Source of the DNA: Candidatus Eisenbacteria bacterium RBG_16_71_46
GTDB lineage: Bacteria > Eisenbacteria > RBG-16-71-46
Reading direction: 5' to 3'
Assembly (NCBI GenBank): GCA_001780165.1
Contig: MFFQ01000023.1
Span: 5,215 to 69,214, forward strand
Length of the DNA stretch: 64,000 nt
The position numbers were made by a program, and so were the translations under genes. Below the pieces are notes generated by a model, which saw only the letters and a list, made by a program, of their open reading frames with translations, was not told where the DNA came from and did not search any database. This document shows, piece by piece, positions 32,904 to 43,194 of this stretch; position 1 is the stretch's first letter; each line of letters opens with the position of its first letter.

Positions 32904-34274
32904 ATGCCCGCTGAATCGCGATTCCCCGAGGGGTTCCTCTGGGGTGCGGCCACCTCCGCCTACCAGATCGAGGGGTCGCCGCTCGCCGACGGTGCGGGTC
33001 CCAGCATCTGGCACCGCTTCTCCCACACCCCGGGCCGCACCCTGGGGGGTGCCATCGCCGACGTGGCGTGCGATCACTACCGGCGGGCGGACGCGGACGT
33101 GGAGCTGATGCACGATCTGGGGCTCGCGGCCTACCGCTTCAGCCTGTCGTGGAGCCGGATCCTCCCGCAGGGGCGCGGGGCGGTGAACGCCGCGGGTCTG
33201 GACTTCTACGCCCGGCTCGTCGACCGCCTGCTCGCGCGCGGCATCCAGCCGATGATCACCCTCTACCACTGGGACCTGCCGGCGGCGCTGGACGATCTGG
33301 GCGGCTGGCGCAATCCCGAGATCGCGGACTGGTTCGCGGACTACGCGACGGCGGCCTTCGAAGCCCTCGGCGACCGCGTGCCGCTGTGGGCGACGATCAA
33401 CGAGCCGTGGGTGATCGCCCACGACGGCCACATCACCGGCGTCAACGCGCCCGGACACCGCAATCTCTACGAGGCGCCCCTGGTCTCGCACCAGCTGCTG
33501 CGCGCCCACGGCGCGGCCGTGCAGCGCTACCGCTCCGGCTGCAAGGGGGGCATCGGCCTGGTCGTGAACCTCGAGCCGAAGGACCCTGCCTCCGACCACC
33601 CTGCCGACCGCGCGGCGGCCGCGCGCGCGGACGTCTACTTCAACCGCCAGTACCTCGACCCGCTGATTCATGGGCGCTACCCCGACGGCCTGCGCGAGAT
33701 CTTCCGCGACGCTTGGCCCGAATTCCCGGAGCGCGACTTCGACCTCATCCGCCAGCCGGTCGACTTCCTCGGAATCAACTACTACACGCGCAAGGTCGTG
33801 CGGCACGACGACGCGGACTGGCCGGTGCGCGCGAGCGGCGTGCGGGTGCCGCACCGAACCTACACCGAGACCGGCTGGGAGGTGCACCCCGAGAGCTTCA
33901 CCCGCACCCTGTGCTGGGTGCGCGAGAACTACGGCGACATTCCGCTCTACGTCACCGAGAACGGCGCGGCCTTCGAGGACTCGCCGGCGGAGGGCGGGCG
34001 GGTGGACGATCTGCCGCGGATCGCCTACCTGCGGGAGCATCTGCGCGCGGCACGCGAGGCGCTCCGCCGCGGCGTCGACCTGCGCGGATACTTCGTCTGG
34101 TCGCTGATGGACAACCTGGAGTGGAGCAGCGGCACGGACAAGCGCTTCGGCCTGTTCCACGTGGACTTCGAGACCCAACGCCGCACCCCGAAGGCGAGCG
34201 CCGGCTTCTACCGCGAGGTCATCCGCACGCACGGCGCGTCGCTCGACGAGCCGCCCGCACCCGCCGGGTCCTGA
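32904..34274 (+). CDS. GH1 beta-glucosidase
   Basis: Motifs FLWGAATSAYQIEG, YHWDLP, TINEP (acid/base), VTENG (nucleophile) and WSLMDNLEW. Confidence 0.96.
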   Translation: MPAESRFPEGFLWGAATSAYQIEGSPLADGAGPSIWHRFSHTPGRTLGGAIADVACDHYRRADADVELMHDLGLAAYRFSLSWSRILPQGRGAVNAAGLDFYARLVDRLLARGIQPMITLYHWDLPAALDDLGGWRNPEIADWFADYATAAFEALGDRVPLWATINEPWVIAHDGHITGVNAPGHRNLYEAPLVSHQLLRAHGAAVQRYRSGCKGGIGLVVNLEPKDPASDHPADRAAAARADVYFNRQYLDPLIHGRYPDGLREIFRDAWPEFPERDFDLIRQPVDFLGINYYTRKVVRHDDADWPVRASGVRVPHRTYTETGWEVHPESFTRTLCWVRENYGDIPLYVTENGAAFEDSPAEGGRVDDLPRIAYLREHLRAAREALRRGVDLRGYFVWSLMDNLEWSSGTDKRFGLFHVDFETQRRTPKASAGFYREVIRTHGASLDEPPAPAGS

Positions 34275-34355
34275 GCCGGGGGCCGTGCGGGCGCGGTGCC
34301 CGCCGGGCCCGCGCGGCGGAGCCGTGCGGGGGCGCGCCGGTTCGCGCCGCGTGCT

Positions 34356-37300
34356 TCAGCGGCTGAGCACCACGGTCGCGGGCACGCGACGGACCACCAC
34401 CTCGCCTGCCGCCGTCAGCGGCACCGCCGTGCCGTCGATGGTGGCGCGGCGAAATCCCGCGGGGGGCGGACGCAGCACGATCCCGCCGCGCGGCACGCGC
34501 AGGCCGCCCGCGAGGCTCACTTCGAGCGCCGCGCCGTGCAGGCGCATGGTGTAGCTGAGGAGTCCGTACGGCGTCGGCAGGTCCCGCACCACGACGCCCG
34601 GCGCCCGCGACACCCACGCCAGCGGCACCCCGGCGCCCAGCACCAGCGTCTGCTCGTCCTCGCGCGCATAGGCCAGCATGTCGAGCACCGCGCGCACGAA
34701 ATCCGATCCGACCCAGGTGTGGGGCATGTCGCCGATGAACTTCGCGGCGCGCGCGTCCCGCCACACCACCTCGGCCCACTCGGCCCAGCCCGCCGGACGG
34801 CGGCAGGCCATGAAGAAGCGCAGCAGCTCCTGGGCGCGGTCCCGCCAGCCGAGATGAACGAACGCGCCGAGGTTGCGCAGTTCGTACGGGGTCAAGGCCT
34901 CCCAGCCGGCCTCGCCGTCGCGCCGCGCGCGGAAGAACTCCCAGTACTTCTCGAAGGTGCGCACCAGCGCCGCCCGGGGCAGCGCCCGGTCCGCCTCCAC
35001 CGGCGTGATCGCGATGGTGGTGGAGGTGGCGTCGAAGTCGCCCAGGTCGGCGGCCCCGGGGATGTAGTCGATGCCGTGCACTCGCATCGCGGCGCGGATC
35101 GAGGCGACCAGCTCGCCCTGGAACTGGTCGCGGATCGCGGCCAGGCGCGCGCGCTCGCGGCCCTGTCCCAGGACGCCCGCCAGGTAGGCGGCGTCCTTGA
35201 ATCCGCGCAGCGCGAAGAAGTCGTCCCAGTACGAGTGCATCGGCTTCGCCGAGTATCCCTCGTGGCTGATCGAGGGCGGCAGCAGGCCGAAGAAGACGGC
35301 ACGGCCGGGGGCGCGGTACTCGGCGGTGCGGCGCAGCCGGCGCAACGAATCGAGGTAGGCGGCGGCCCGCGCCACGTGCGGCCACATGCGCTCCACCAGG
35401 GCGCGATCCCCGGTGTAGCGGTAGTACTCGGCGACCAGGTAGATGAACTCGCCGCTGCTGTCGTGCTCCGGCACCGGGTCCGAGCCGCGCTCGTCGACGC
35501 AGCAGGGCACCTTGCCGTCGGCGTACTGGTAGGGCGCGAACCACTCGATGTACTCGCGCACCGTCTCCGGGTGCCCGAGCCGCAACAGGGCGGACGACGT
35601 GAGGGCCCCGTCGCGGATCCACGAACGGTCGTAGGCGCGCGAGCCGGGCTGGATCGCCGCACCGTCGCGGTTGATCAGGATGTAGGCGAGCTGCGCCTCC
35701 AGCGTGCGGACGACATCCGCCGCCGAGTCGGGCAGCATGATCGTCACCCGCCCCAGCCGCTCGCGCCAGCCCCGCCGGCAGACCGCGAGCCGCTCGGCCA
35801 CTTCGCGCCTCACGTCGGCCTCGGCGGCGGGACGCGGCGGCCCGGGCACGCCGTAGAGCGGAACCTGCAGGTCCACCTCGCGCTCCTCCCCCGGCGCCAG
35901 CTCGAGCCGGTAGGCCAGCGCTCCAGACGCATGCTCGAACGGATCGCGCACCCGCCGCCCCGGCGGCAGGCGGCCGGCGCGCAGGTACTCGACGACGTCA
36001 CCCTGGTCGAAGGTGGCGGCCCCGAAGCCGCTCGGGGCGGTCAGGCTGGCCACCCCGCGGTCGCCGTTGACGCGGACCACGCGCCCGGCCTGCTCCAGCT
36101 CGCGGATCGGCGCAGTTCCCCCCGGCGAGCCCAGGAACTGCGCCGGCGGGTTGACCTGGAACGGCCGCAGCGCCAGGAAGAGCGTGGCGCGCGTCGCGCG
36201 GTCGCCGCGATTGGCGACGCGGTAGCGAGCGAAAACGGACGAGGCGCCGGGCGCACCGGTGGCGATCGACGTGACCGACAATTCCATGGCTCCCGCGCGC
36301 CACCGCACCGTGGGGATCGGCCGCCCGCCGCCGTCGAGCGACTGCGCGATCTCGGCGTTCGCCCAGGTGACGAGACGGCCGCCCGTGAACAGGAACGGCT
36401 CGACCGAGAAGCCGCCCTGGCCGCTCTCGATCATCCCGTCCTCGTTGACCAGCGACTCGCGCTCGTCGCCGTCCACGCCCACGATCGTCCAGTACGACTG
36501 CTCGCCGAGGATCGCGCGCGGATAGCTTCCGCGCGGCGCGTCGCCGGCGATCGACCGGTAGAACGTCTCGAGCGAGGCCGACCAGGCCAGCGGCTCGACG
36601 ATGACCTCGCGCACCGCGACGCCCCCCGGCCCTGCCGCCTTCAGCACCCGCAGGCGCACGTGGCGCGTCTCGCTCTCGGGCAGGAACAGGGGGTCGCGGC
36701 CGCCGTTCCCCCCCCGCGCCTCGCGCACCGTCCGCCAGCGCGCACCGTCGGACGAGAACTCCACGTCGTAGTCGGTCGCCGCCCGGCCGGGGCCCCAGTC
36801 CACCACCAGCCCGCCGAACTCCCGCTCCCCACCCAGGTCGAGCGCCAGCCACGGCGCGCGGTCCCCGGGGGCCGCCACCCAGTCGGTCGCGGCATTCCCG
36901 TCCACCGCGCCGCCCGGGGCATGGCCGGACCGCGACGAGGAGGCGCGGGCGAGCGGCGCCCGCGCCACGGAGTCCGGCGGCGGCAGCGACTCCAGCTCGA
37001 GCTGGTCGAGCCACACCGATCCGGCACCCCCGCCGCCGGCGGTGACGGCGAACTCGATGGCCGCCACGTGCCGGATCTCGCCACCGCCCGCCGGTCCCCA
37101 GGCGAACGAGATGTGGCGCTGGCGGAGCGTCACGGAATCCCAGGAGGCGGAAAAGCGGACGTTGCGCCGATTGGACCACCACACGTTCGCGCCGGTCGAG
37201 TCGATGAGCTTGAACTCGAGGTTGTTGGGCGGGCAGTTGCCGCGGATGCGGAAGCGGAAGCGGTAGTGGTCGGGCAGGTCGAGCGCGAGGTCCTTGTGGA

Positions 37301-37535
37301 CCACCGCGTAGCCCCCGCCCTTGACGAAGCGGACATCGAGCCGCATCGCCCGGCCGACCAGCCCGGAATCCGGGTGGATCGCGAGCTCGACGCCATCGCT
37401 GGGGCGCGCCGACCACCCGTCGAGGCTCTCGAAGCCGTCCACCAGCAGGGCGCCGCGCGGCCCCGCGGCGGCGGCGATCCCGAGCGTGGAGGGCGTCAGC
37501 CCGAGAACCAGGAGCACGGCGCATCGGTTCCGCAT
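34356..37535 (-). CDS. Secreted protein with discoidin (F5/8 type C) and CBM-like domains plus a C-terminal (alpha/alpha)6 putative glycoside hydrolase
   Basis: Signal peptide. Discoidin-like AVDGNAATDW..WLALDLG..SSDG..W. C-terminal motifs YDRSWIRDG, PEHDSSGE, SISHEGY..HSYWD and FIGDMPHTWVGSD. Confidence 0.75.
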   Translation of the reverse strand: MRNRCAVLLVLGLTPSTLGIAAAAGPRGALLVDGFESLDGWSARPSDGVELAIHPDSGLVGRAMRLDVRFVKGGGYAVVHKDLALDLPDHYRFRFRIRGNCPPNNLEFKLIDSTGANVWWSNRRNVRFSASWDSVTLRQRHISFAWGPAGGGEIRHVAAIEFAVTAGGGGAGSVWLDQLELESLPPPDSVARAPLARASSSRSGHAPGGAVDGNAATDWVAAPGDRAPWLALDLGGEREFGGLVVDWGPGRAATDYDVEFSSDGARWRTVREARGGNGGRDPLFLPESETRHVRLRVLKAAGPGGVAVREVIVEPLAWSASLETFYRSIAGDAPRGSYPRAILGEQSYWTIVGVDGDERESLVNEDGMIESGQGGFSVEPFLFTGGRLVTWANAEIAQSLDGGGRPIPTVRWRAGAMELSVTSIATGAPGASSVFARYRVANRGDRATRATLFLALRPFQVNPPAQFLGSPGGTAPIRELEQAGRVVRVNGDRGVASLTAPSGFGAATFDQGDVVEYLRAGRLPPGRRVRDPFEHASGALAYRLELAPGEEREVDLQVPLYGVPGPPRPAAEADVRREVAERLAVCRRGWRERLGRVTIMLPDSAADVVRTLEAQLAYILINRDGAAIQPGSRAYDRSWIRDGALTSSALLRLGHPETVREYIEWFAPYQYADGKVPCCVDERGSDPVPEHDSSGEFIYLVAEYYRYTGDRALVERMWPHVARAAAYLDSLRRLRRTAEYRAPGRAVFFGLLPPSISHEGYSAKPMHSYWDDFFALRGFKDAAYLAGVLGQGRERARLAAIRDQFQGELVASIRAAMRVHGIDYIPGAADLGDFDATSTTIAITPVEADRALPRAALVRTFEKYWEFFRARRDGEAGWEALTPYELRNLGAFVHLGWRDRAQELLRFFMACRRPAGWAEWAEVVWRDARAAKFIGDMPHTWVGSDFVRAVLDMLAYAREDEQTLVLGAGVPLAWVSRAPGVVVRDLPTPYGLLSYTMRLHGAALEVSLAGGLRVPRGGIVLRPPPAGFRRATIDGTAVPLTAAGEVVVRRVPATVVLSR

Positions 37536-37541
37536 CGCGAC

Positions 37542-38363
37542 TCAGCCCTTGATGCTGCCCATCATGACGCCGCGGATGTAAGAGCGCTGCAGGAAGAGGA
37601 AGACCAGCAGGGCGGGCAGCACCGTGAGCACCGAGCCCGCCATCATGAGCTCCGTGTCCTGGACGTGTTCGCCCACCAGATTGGCGAGCGCCACCGGGAG
37701 CGTGTACTTGGCATCGTCGCTCAGCACGATGAGCGGCCACATGAAGTCGTTCCACGAGCTGAGGAAGCTGAACACCGCGAGCGTGACGAGAATGGGTCGG
37801 ATGATCGGCAGCACGATGGTCCGGAAGATCCGGAACTCCCCGGCGCCGTCGATGCGCGCGGCGTCGAGCAGGTCGTCCGGAATGCTGAGCGCGTACTGGC
37901 GGATGAGGAAGATGCCGAAGATGCTCGCCATCCCGGGCACGATCACCCCCATCATCGTGTTCACCAGCCCTAAGCCCTTGAGCATCAGGAACAACGGCAG
38001 CATGCCCACCTGGGCCGGGATCACGAGCCCGGCGAGCAGCCCGCGGAACACCCGCTCGCGCCCGGGAAAACGCAGCTTGGCGAAGGCGTAGCCGGCCATC
38101 GAGTTCACCAGCAGCGAGATGAGCGTCGTGGCGACGGCGATCACGGCGCTGTTGAGCAGGTGCCGGTACAGGGCCAGTCGCGTGAACAGCTCGACGTAGT
38201 GTCCCGCGGTCGGGGCGCGCGGCAGGAGCTGGGGCGGGTAGCTGTTCGCCGAGCCGGCGGGCATGAACGAGGCCGACACCATCCACAGCAGCGGCGTGAG
38301 AGTGAGCAGCGCGCCGAGCAGGACGAGCGCGTGCAGCGCCACCACCCGGATCGGTCGCCTCAT
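37542..38363 (-). CDS. Carbohydrate ABC transporter permease (MalG-like)
   Basis: Motifs AGYAFAKLRFPG, DAARIDGA and WNDFMWPL. ATG overlaps the upstream stop. Confidence 0.93.
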   Translation of the reverse strand: MRRPIRVVALHALVLLGALLTLTPLLWMVSASFMPAGSANSYPPQLLPRAPTAGHYVELFTRLALYRHLLNSAVIAVATTLISLLVNSMAGYAFAKLRFPGRERVFRGLLAGLVIPAQVGMLPLFLMLKGLGLVNTMMGVIVPGMASIFGIFLIRQYALSIPDDLLDAARIDGAGEFRIFRTIVLPIIRPILVTLAVFSFLSSWNDFMWPLIVLSDDAKYTLPVALANLVGEHVQDTELMMAGSVLTVLPALLVFLFLQRSYIRGVMMGSIKG

Positions 38364-39253
38364 GTGCCGTGGCCCCGTTGCAGTCGAAGCTGCAGCATCG
38401 TCCCCAGCAGCATGATCACGAACAGCACGAAGGCGATGGCCGCCGCCATCCCCATGCGCCACCAGCGGAAGCCCTCCTCGTACATGAGGAGCACGACGCT
38501 GGTCGTGCTCTTCAGCGGACCGCCCTGGGTCATGACGTACGGCTCGGAGAAGAGCTGGAACTGGCCGATCATGGTGAGCACGCCGACGAACAGGAAGGTC
38601 GGGGCCAGGCTCGGCATCGTGATGTGCACGAAGCGCGACCAGGCGCCGGCGCCGTCGAGGTGGGCGGCCTCGTACAAGTCGTCGGGAACGCTCTGCAGCC
38701 CGGCGATGAAGATGAGCATGTTGTAGCCGAAGTTCTTCCACACCGAGAGCAGGATGATCGCCGGCATCGCCCAGTGCGGGTCGCCGAGCCAGTCGATGGG
38801 CCGGATGCCGAACGCGCCGAGCGCGTAGTCGAGCAGTCCGTAGCGCGGGTGATAGAGGTAGCGCCAGACGATCGCCACCGCCACCAGCGTCGTCACCACC
38901 GGGGCGAAGAGCACGGTGCGGAACAGCCCCTTGGCGCGCAGCAGCCGCGCGTTCAGCAGCAGGGCGGCCGCCAGCGAGGCGATCACCGAAAGCGGTCCGC
39001 CGACCAGCACGAAGTAGAAGGTGTTGCCGAGCGCCTTCCAGAAGACCGGGTTGGAGAGCACCTCGGCGAAGTTGCGCAGGCCGACGAACCGCGCGGTCTC
39101 CGGGGCGCCGATGGCGTAGATGTCGAAATCCGTGAGGCTGAGCAGCAGGCCGGCCACTACCGGCACCGCGAAGAACGCGCCGATGAGCCCGAGCGCCGGG
39201 GCCAGGAACAGCCACGCCGCCCGGGTCTGCCGGCGCGCCGGGGCGCGGCTCAC
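38360..39253 (-). CDS. Carbohydrate ABC transporter permease (MalF-like)
   Basis: Motifs FVGLRNF, WKNFGYNM, LYEAAHLDGA and TQGGP. GTG overlaps the stop of the binding-protein gene. Confidence 0.93.
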   Translation of the reverse strand: MSRAPARRQTRAAWLFLAPALGLIGAFFAVPVVAGLLLSLTDFDIYAIGAPETARFVGLRNFAEVLSNPVFWKALGNTFYFVLVGGPLSVIASLAAALLLNARLLRAKGLFRTVLFAPVVTTLVAVAIVWRYLYHPRYGLLDYALGAFGIRPIDWLGDPHWAMPAIILLSVWKNFGYNMLIFIAGLQSVPDDLYEAAHLDGAGAWSRFVHITMPSLAPTFLFVGVLTMIGQFQLFSEPYVMTQGGPLKSTTSVVLLMYEEGFRWWRMGMAAAIAFVLFVIMLLGTMLQLRLQRGHGT

Positions 39254-40554
39254 CGGCCCTCCCGTGCGGCACGAACACCCCCGCCGCGCGAGCGCTCGAG
39301 CAGCCAGCGTCGCTTCTCGAGGATCCGTCCCACGTCGCGGTCGAGGCGCGCGAGCGCCGAGTCGGGCGGCACGCCGCCGCGGATCGCGCCTTCGGTGGAG
39401 TCGAGCAGCCGGTTGGCGATCAGCTCCCATTCCGGGATCTTCGGCGTGGATACGACGCGCTGGAGTTGTTCCCAGAAGGCGCGGGTGGTCGCGTCGCGCG
39501 CCAGCGAGGAATCCTGCCAGGCCTCGCGCCGCGCGGGGAGGTCCCCGGTGAGGCGGTAGAAGCGCACCTGCTGCTCGGGCCGCGACAGGAACTCGATCAG
39601 CTTCCAGGCCTCGGCCTGGTGGCGCGAGGCGCGGAACAGCACCAGGCTCGAGCCACCCGCCAGCGACAGCCCCGAGCCCGGGCCGTCCGGTCCGGGCAAG
39701 GGTGCCGTGTCCCATGCGTTCTGCATCTCCGGCGGCAGCCGCCGCCGGAACTCGCCCAGGTTCCACGGGCCGCTGATGTACATGGAGAAGTAGCCGCGCG
39801 CGAATTCCTGGTAGAGGTTGGCGACCTCGTTGTTCCCCACCGCCGGCGCCAGCCCGCTGCGGAACAGATCCAGGTAGAAGAGGAACGCGCGCCGAAACGG
39901 GGCGGCGCTGAAGGCGCCGCGCGTGTCGTGGTCGGCGAGCAGCGGGGAGCCCGACTGCAGGCCGAAGATGATCGGCTGGGTGAACTCGTTCGCCGGCAGG
40001 AAGATGGCGAAGCGATCCGCGCCCACCAGGCGTTTGACCGCCTCCATCGAACGCCGCCATTCACTCCAGCTCCCGGGCATGCTCGGGTATCCCGCGCGGG
40101 CCAGGATGTCCTTGCGGTAGAACAGCACCCGCGTGTCCACGTACCACGGCACGCCATAGGTCGCTCCCTCGATGACGTTGGTCTCCCAGATGCCCCGGAA
40201 GTATCCGGCGGAGTCCACGCCCGTCCCGGAGGCGAGCCGGTCGTCGATCGGCTCGATCGCGCGCAGCGCGGCGAATTCGGCGATCCAGGTGTTGCCGAGC
40301 TGGCAGACGTCGGGGGTGGCGTTGCCGACGTAGGCGGTCAGCAGCTTCTCGTGCGCCGCGGACCACGGGATCTGCTGCACCTGCACCCGCAGCGTCGGGT
40401 TTTCGCGCTCGAAATCGCGGACCAGCTCCTGCACCACCTCGCCCTCCCGCCCCATCGCCCAGAAGCGCAGCGTGGTGCGCGGGCCATCCGCGCGCGGACC
40501 GCATCCCGCGGCGAGTGCCATGGCGGCGAGCAGTCCGAGGGCCGGCGCCTTCAT
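39250..40554 (-). CDS. Sugar ABC transporter substrate-binding lipoprotein
   Basis: Lipobox LAAGC. Motifs FWAMGREGE, PDVCQLGNTW, VPWYVDTRVLFYRKD and SLAGGSSL. ATGA overlap with the upstream GH144 gene. Confidence 0.92.
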   Translation of the reverse strand: MKAPALGLLAAMALAAGCGPRADGPRTTLRFWAMGREGEVVQELVRDFERENPTLRVQVQQIPWSAAHEKLLTAYVGNATPDVCQLGNTWIAEFAALRAIEPIDDRLASGTGVDSAGYFRGIWETNVIEGATYGVPWYVDTRVLFYRKDILARAGYPSMPGSWSEWRRSMEAVKRLVGADRFAIFLPANEFTQPIIFGLQSGSPLLADHDTRGAFSAAPFRRAFLFYLDLFRSGLAPAVGNNEVANLYQEFARGYFSMYISGPWNLGEFRRRLPPEMQNAWDTAPLPGPDGPGSGLSLAGGSSLVLFRASRHQAEAWKLIEFLSRPEQQVRFYRLTGDLPARREAWQDSSLARDATTRAFWEQLQRVVSTPKIPEWELIANRLLDSTEGAIRGGVPPDSALARLDRDVGRILEKRRWLLERSRGGGVRAAREGR

Positions 40555-42056
40555 CGCCCGGCCGCGATCGAATCCAGCCATCCGCCGGCGAAACCCGCGC
40601 GCCGCAGGCCGCGCACGACGTGGGCGTTGCCCCGCATGTACCGCCACACCAGCCCGCTGCGGGCGTTCTCGGCCATCGCCAGGATCGGGCCCTGATCGAT
40701 GCCTAGGTAGTCGGTGTCGAACCAGCCGGCGGAGGGATCCACCCGTCCATGGTGGACCGGGACGTTGCGGGTGAGCGTGGGGTTGAACGCGTCCAGGAAG
40801 CCGTAGGTCGAGAAGATGCGGTCGCCGTAGGCCTCGCGGATCGCGATCAGCGTGCGGATCGTGGGCCCGGGGGCGAAGGGGATGGACCCGCCCGCGGCCG
40901 TCGGGGCGATGGTGCCGTCGTCCTCCACGGTGGTGAACGACGCGCCACGCGCGGCATAGGTGCGGAAGGCACGCTCGCGCCCGCCGATCGTCACCGTGCC
41001 GTCCAGCGGCCCGTCGCATGCGGTGAGCCCCCACAAGCGCTCGCCGTATCCGGCGAACCCGCCGGGATTCTCCACCGCGTAGGCCCGCTGGGAGAGGGTG
41101 GCGCGTCGCGAATTCTCGAAATAGTCGATGCCGCGCGCCCGCATGGTGGAGTCCCGCACGCCGCGCAGGTCGAGCCACACCTGGGTGTACTGGTGGCCGA
41201 AGAGCGGCGCGAATCCGACCTGTGGGTAGCCGTGAAAGGTGCCCCAGCGGTAGCCGCTGGTCCATGCGTCCCAGGTGTCCGCGCCGACCGGGTGGCTCGG
41301 CGATCCAAGTGCCAGGACGTGGAGCAACATCGCCTCGTTGTATCCGCGCCAGTCGTAGGGCAGGAAGCCCTCCTCCGGCGTCCAGCCCAGCACGATGGTC
41401 GGGGGCCGCGGCTGGGCCCAGCGCCAGTCCACGCGCGCGTAGAGCGAATCCGCGAGCGCGCGGATGGTGTCCTCCACGGCGTCGGACCGTTCGAAGTAGG
41501 ACTGGCAGAAGAGCACTCCGGCCATGAGCAGCGCCGTGTCCATGGTGGAGAGCTCCACGCGCTCCCAGCGCACACCGCGGTCGGGGTCGAGGAAGTGGTA
41601 GAAGAAGCCGTGATGGCCGATGCAGCCTGCGGCGTCCGCTCCCTGCCGCGCCTGCCACAGGAAGCGCAGGGTGGCGAGAACCCGTTCGCGCGCCTGGGCG
41701 CGCGTGATCCAGCCCCGCTCGGCGCCGATCGGGTAGGCGGTGAGCGCGAACCCCATGGCGCCGACGCTCGCGAACGACCGCGTGGGGGCGCGATCCGGCG
41801 TGAGGCCGGTGCGCGCATCGCTCAGATCCCAGAAATAGCCGAAGGTGCGCCGCTCGAGCGTGTCGAGGAAGGCCGTCTCGCGGGCCGTGAGCGCCAGCGA
41901 ATCCGCGGCAAGGGAGGTGGCACCACCCGCCGCGCGCGGCGCGGAGTGCGACGGTCCCCGAACGCAGCCCGACAGCGCCAGCAGCAGCAGCAGCAGCAGT
42001 GCCGCCGCCGCGGGCTCGCCGCGGATCAGGTGCCGCCGGTCGGCCCGGACGCGCAC
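40551..42056 (-). CDS. GH144-like (glucoamylase family) beta-1,2-glucanase, lipoprotein
   Basis: Lipobox LSGC. Motifs GLTPDR, GFFYHFLD, ELSTMDT, GYNE, PLFGHQY, DYFENSRRAT, WGLTACDGP and GIDQG. Confidence 0.9.
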   Translation of the reverse strand: MRVRADRRHLIRGEPAAAALLLLLLLALSGCVRGPSHSAPRAAGGATSLAADSLALTARETAFLDTLERRTFGYFWDLSDARTGLTPDRAPTRSFASVGAMGFALTAYPIGAERGWITRAQARERVLATLRFLWQARQGADAAGCIGHHGFFYHFLDPDRGVRWERVELSTMDTALLMAGVLFCQSYFERSDAVEDTIRALADSLYARVDWRWAQPRPPTIVLGWTPEEGFLPYDWRGYNEAMLLHVLALGSPSHPVGADTWDAWTSGYRWGTFHGYPQVGFAPLFGHQYTQVWLDLRGVRDSTMRARGIDYFENSRRATLSQRAYAVENPGGFAGYGERLWGLTACDGPLDGTVTIGGRERAFRTYAARGASFTTVEDDGTIAPTAAGGSIPFAPGPTIRTLIAIREAYGDRIFSTYGFLDAFNPTLTRNVPVHHGRVDPSAGWFDTDYLGIDQGPILAMAENARSGLVWRYMRGNAHVVRGLRRAGFAGGWLDSIAAGR

Positions 42057-42062
42057 GCCGCC

Positions 42063-43106
42063 TCAGCCGCCCTGGGTACGGCCGCCGCGTCCTCGCGCCC
42101 CGTCCGCCATCGGGGATCCGCAGGACCTCCGGACCACCAGGGTGGTGGGCAGGATCTCGCATGGGCGGCTGCCGCCCTGGGGCGACCCCTGCCTGGCGAG
42201 CAGGTGATGCACCGCCCGCTCGCCGAGCCGGAACGCGTCCACGTGGACGGTGGTCAGCGGCGGGGTGAGATGGCGCGCGAGCGCGATGTCGTCGAATCCG
42301 GTCACCGCGATGTCCTCCGGCACGCGCACGCCGGCCTCGCCGAGCGCGCCGAGGAGGCCCACCGCCATGGAGTCGTTGGCGGCGAACACCGCCGTGGGCC
42401 GCCGCGCGAGCGCGAGCAGGCGCGCCCCGGCATCGTGTCCCGAGCGCTCCGAGAAGTCGCCGGGGATCTCCAGCTCCGGGTCCGGCGCGACGCCGGCGTC
42501 TCGCAGCGCGGCGCGATAGCCCTCCAGGCGTTGCTGCGCGTCGCTGTTGCGTGGCGGACCGGTGATCACGGCGATCCGGCGGTGCCCGAGGCCGAGCAGG
42601 TGGCGGATCATCACGGCGGCCCCGTCGAGATTGGCGATGCAGATCGCGTCGAGGTCGTCCCCGGTGGCGGCGGGATCGATGAGCACCAGCGGAGTGTGCG
42701 CGGCACCCGCGCGGATCGCGGCCGGGGCGTCCGCGTCGGGCGCCATGACGATGAGACCGTCGATCCGCCCGCGCATCGCCCGCAGCGCCGACAGCAGGTC
42801 GCGGGTGTCGGAGTGCGAGCTGGAGACCAGCAGGTGGAGGTTCTCCTTCCGCGCGGCGAGGTCGATGCCGCGGATGATCTCGGAGAAGAACTCGCCGTGA
42901 AGATCGGGCAGCAGGACGCCGACCGCGTGCGTACGGTTGGTGATGAGGCTGCGGGCGACGCCGTTCGGCCAGTAATTGAGGCGCGTCGCGACCTCGCGCA
43001 CCTGCCGGCGGGTCTGCGAGCTCACCGCGGCGCTCTCGTTGAAGACTCGGGAGACCGTGGCGATGGATACCCCGGCGTCGCGGGCCACGTCTTTGATCGT
43101 CGCCAT
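42063..43106 (-). CDS. LacI-family transcriptional regulator
   Basis: HTH TIKDVARDAGVSIATVSRV, hinge PNGVARSL, and FAANDSMA, VTGFDD, PPLTTV. Confidence 0.96.
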   Translation of the reverse strand: MATIKDVARDAGVSIATVSRVFNESAAVSSQTRRQVREVATRLNYWPNGVARSLITNRTHAVGVLLPDLHGEFFSEIIRGIDLAARKENLHLLVSSSHSDTRDLLSALRAMRGRIDGLIVMAPDADAPAAIRAGAAHTPLVLIDPAATGDDLDAICIANLDGAAVMIRHLLGLGHRRIAVITGPPRNSDAQQRLEGYRAALRDAGVAPDPELEIPGDFSERSGHDAGARLLALARRPTAVFAANDSMAVGLLGALGEAGVRVPEDIAVTGFDDIALARHLTPPLTTVHVDAFRLGERAVHHLLARQGSPQGGSRPCEILPTTLVVRRSCGSPMADGARGRGGRTQGG

Positions 43107-43194
43107 GGTCGGATCCACTGGGGAGGATCGGGGAACGGCCGGAGCGTATACCCCGGCGGGCGCGCACAGGCGCCGAATCCTCTAGCGAGGCAAA

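Noticed and set aside
41979..41999. (CAG)7 microsatellite
   Set aside because: It is an in-frame poly-Leu run in a lipoprotein signal peptide; slippage would not switch phase.
39250..43167. 1305-aa ORF that looks like a giant fusion ending in the sugar-binding protein
   Set aside because: Only 39250-40554 is protein-like (lipobox, ATGA coupling). The upstream part is an Arg/Pro-rich off-frame read of lacI and the GH144 gene.
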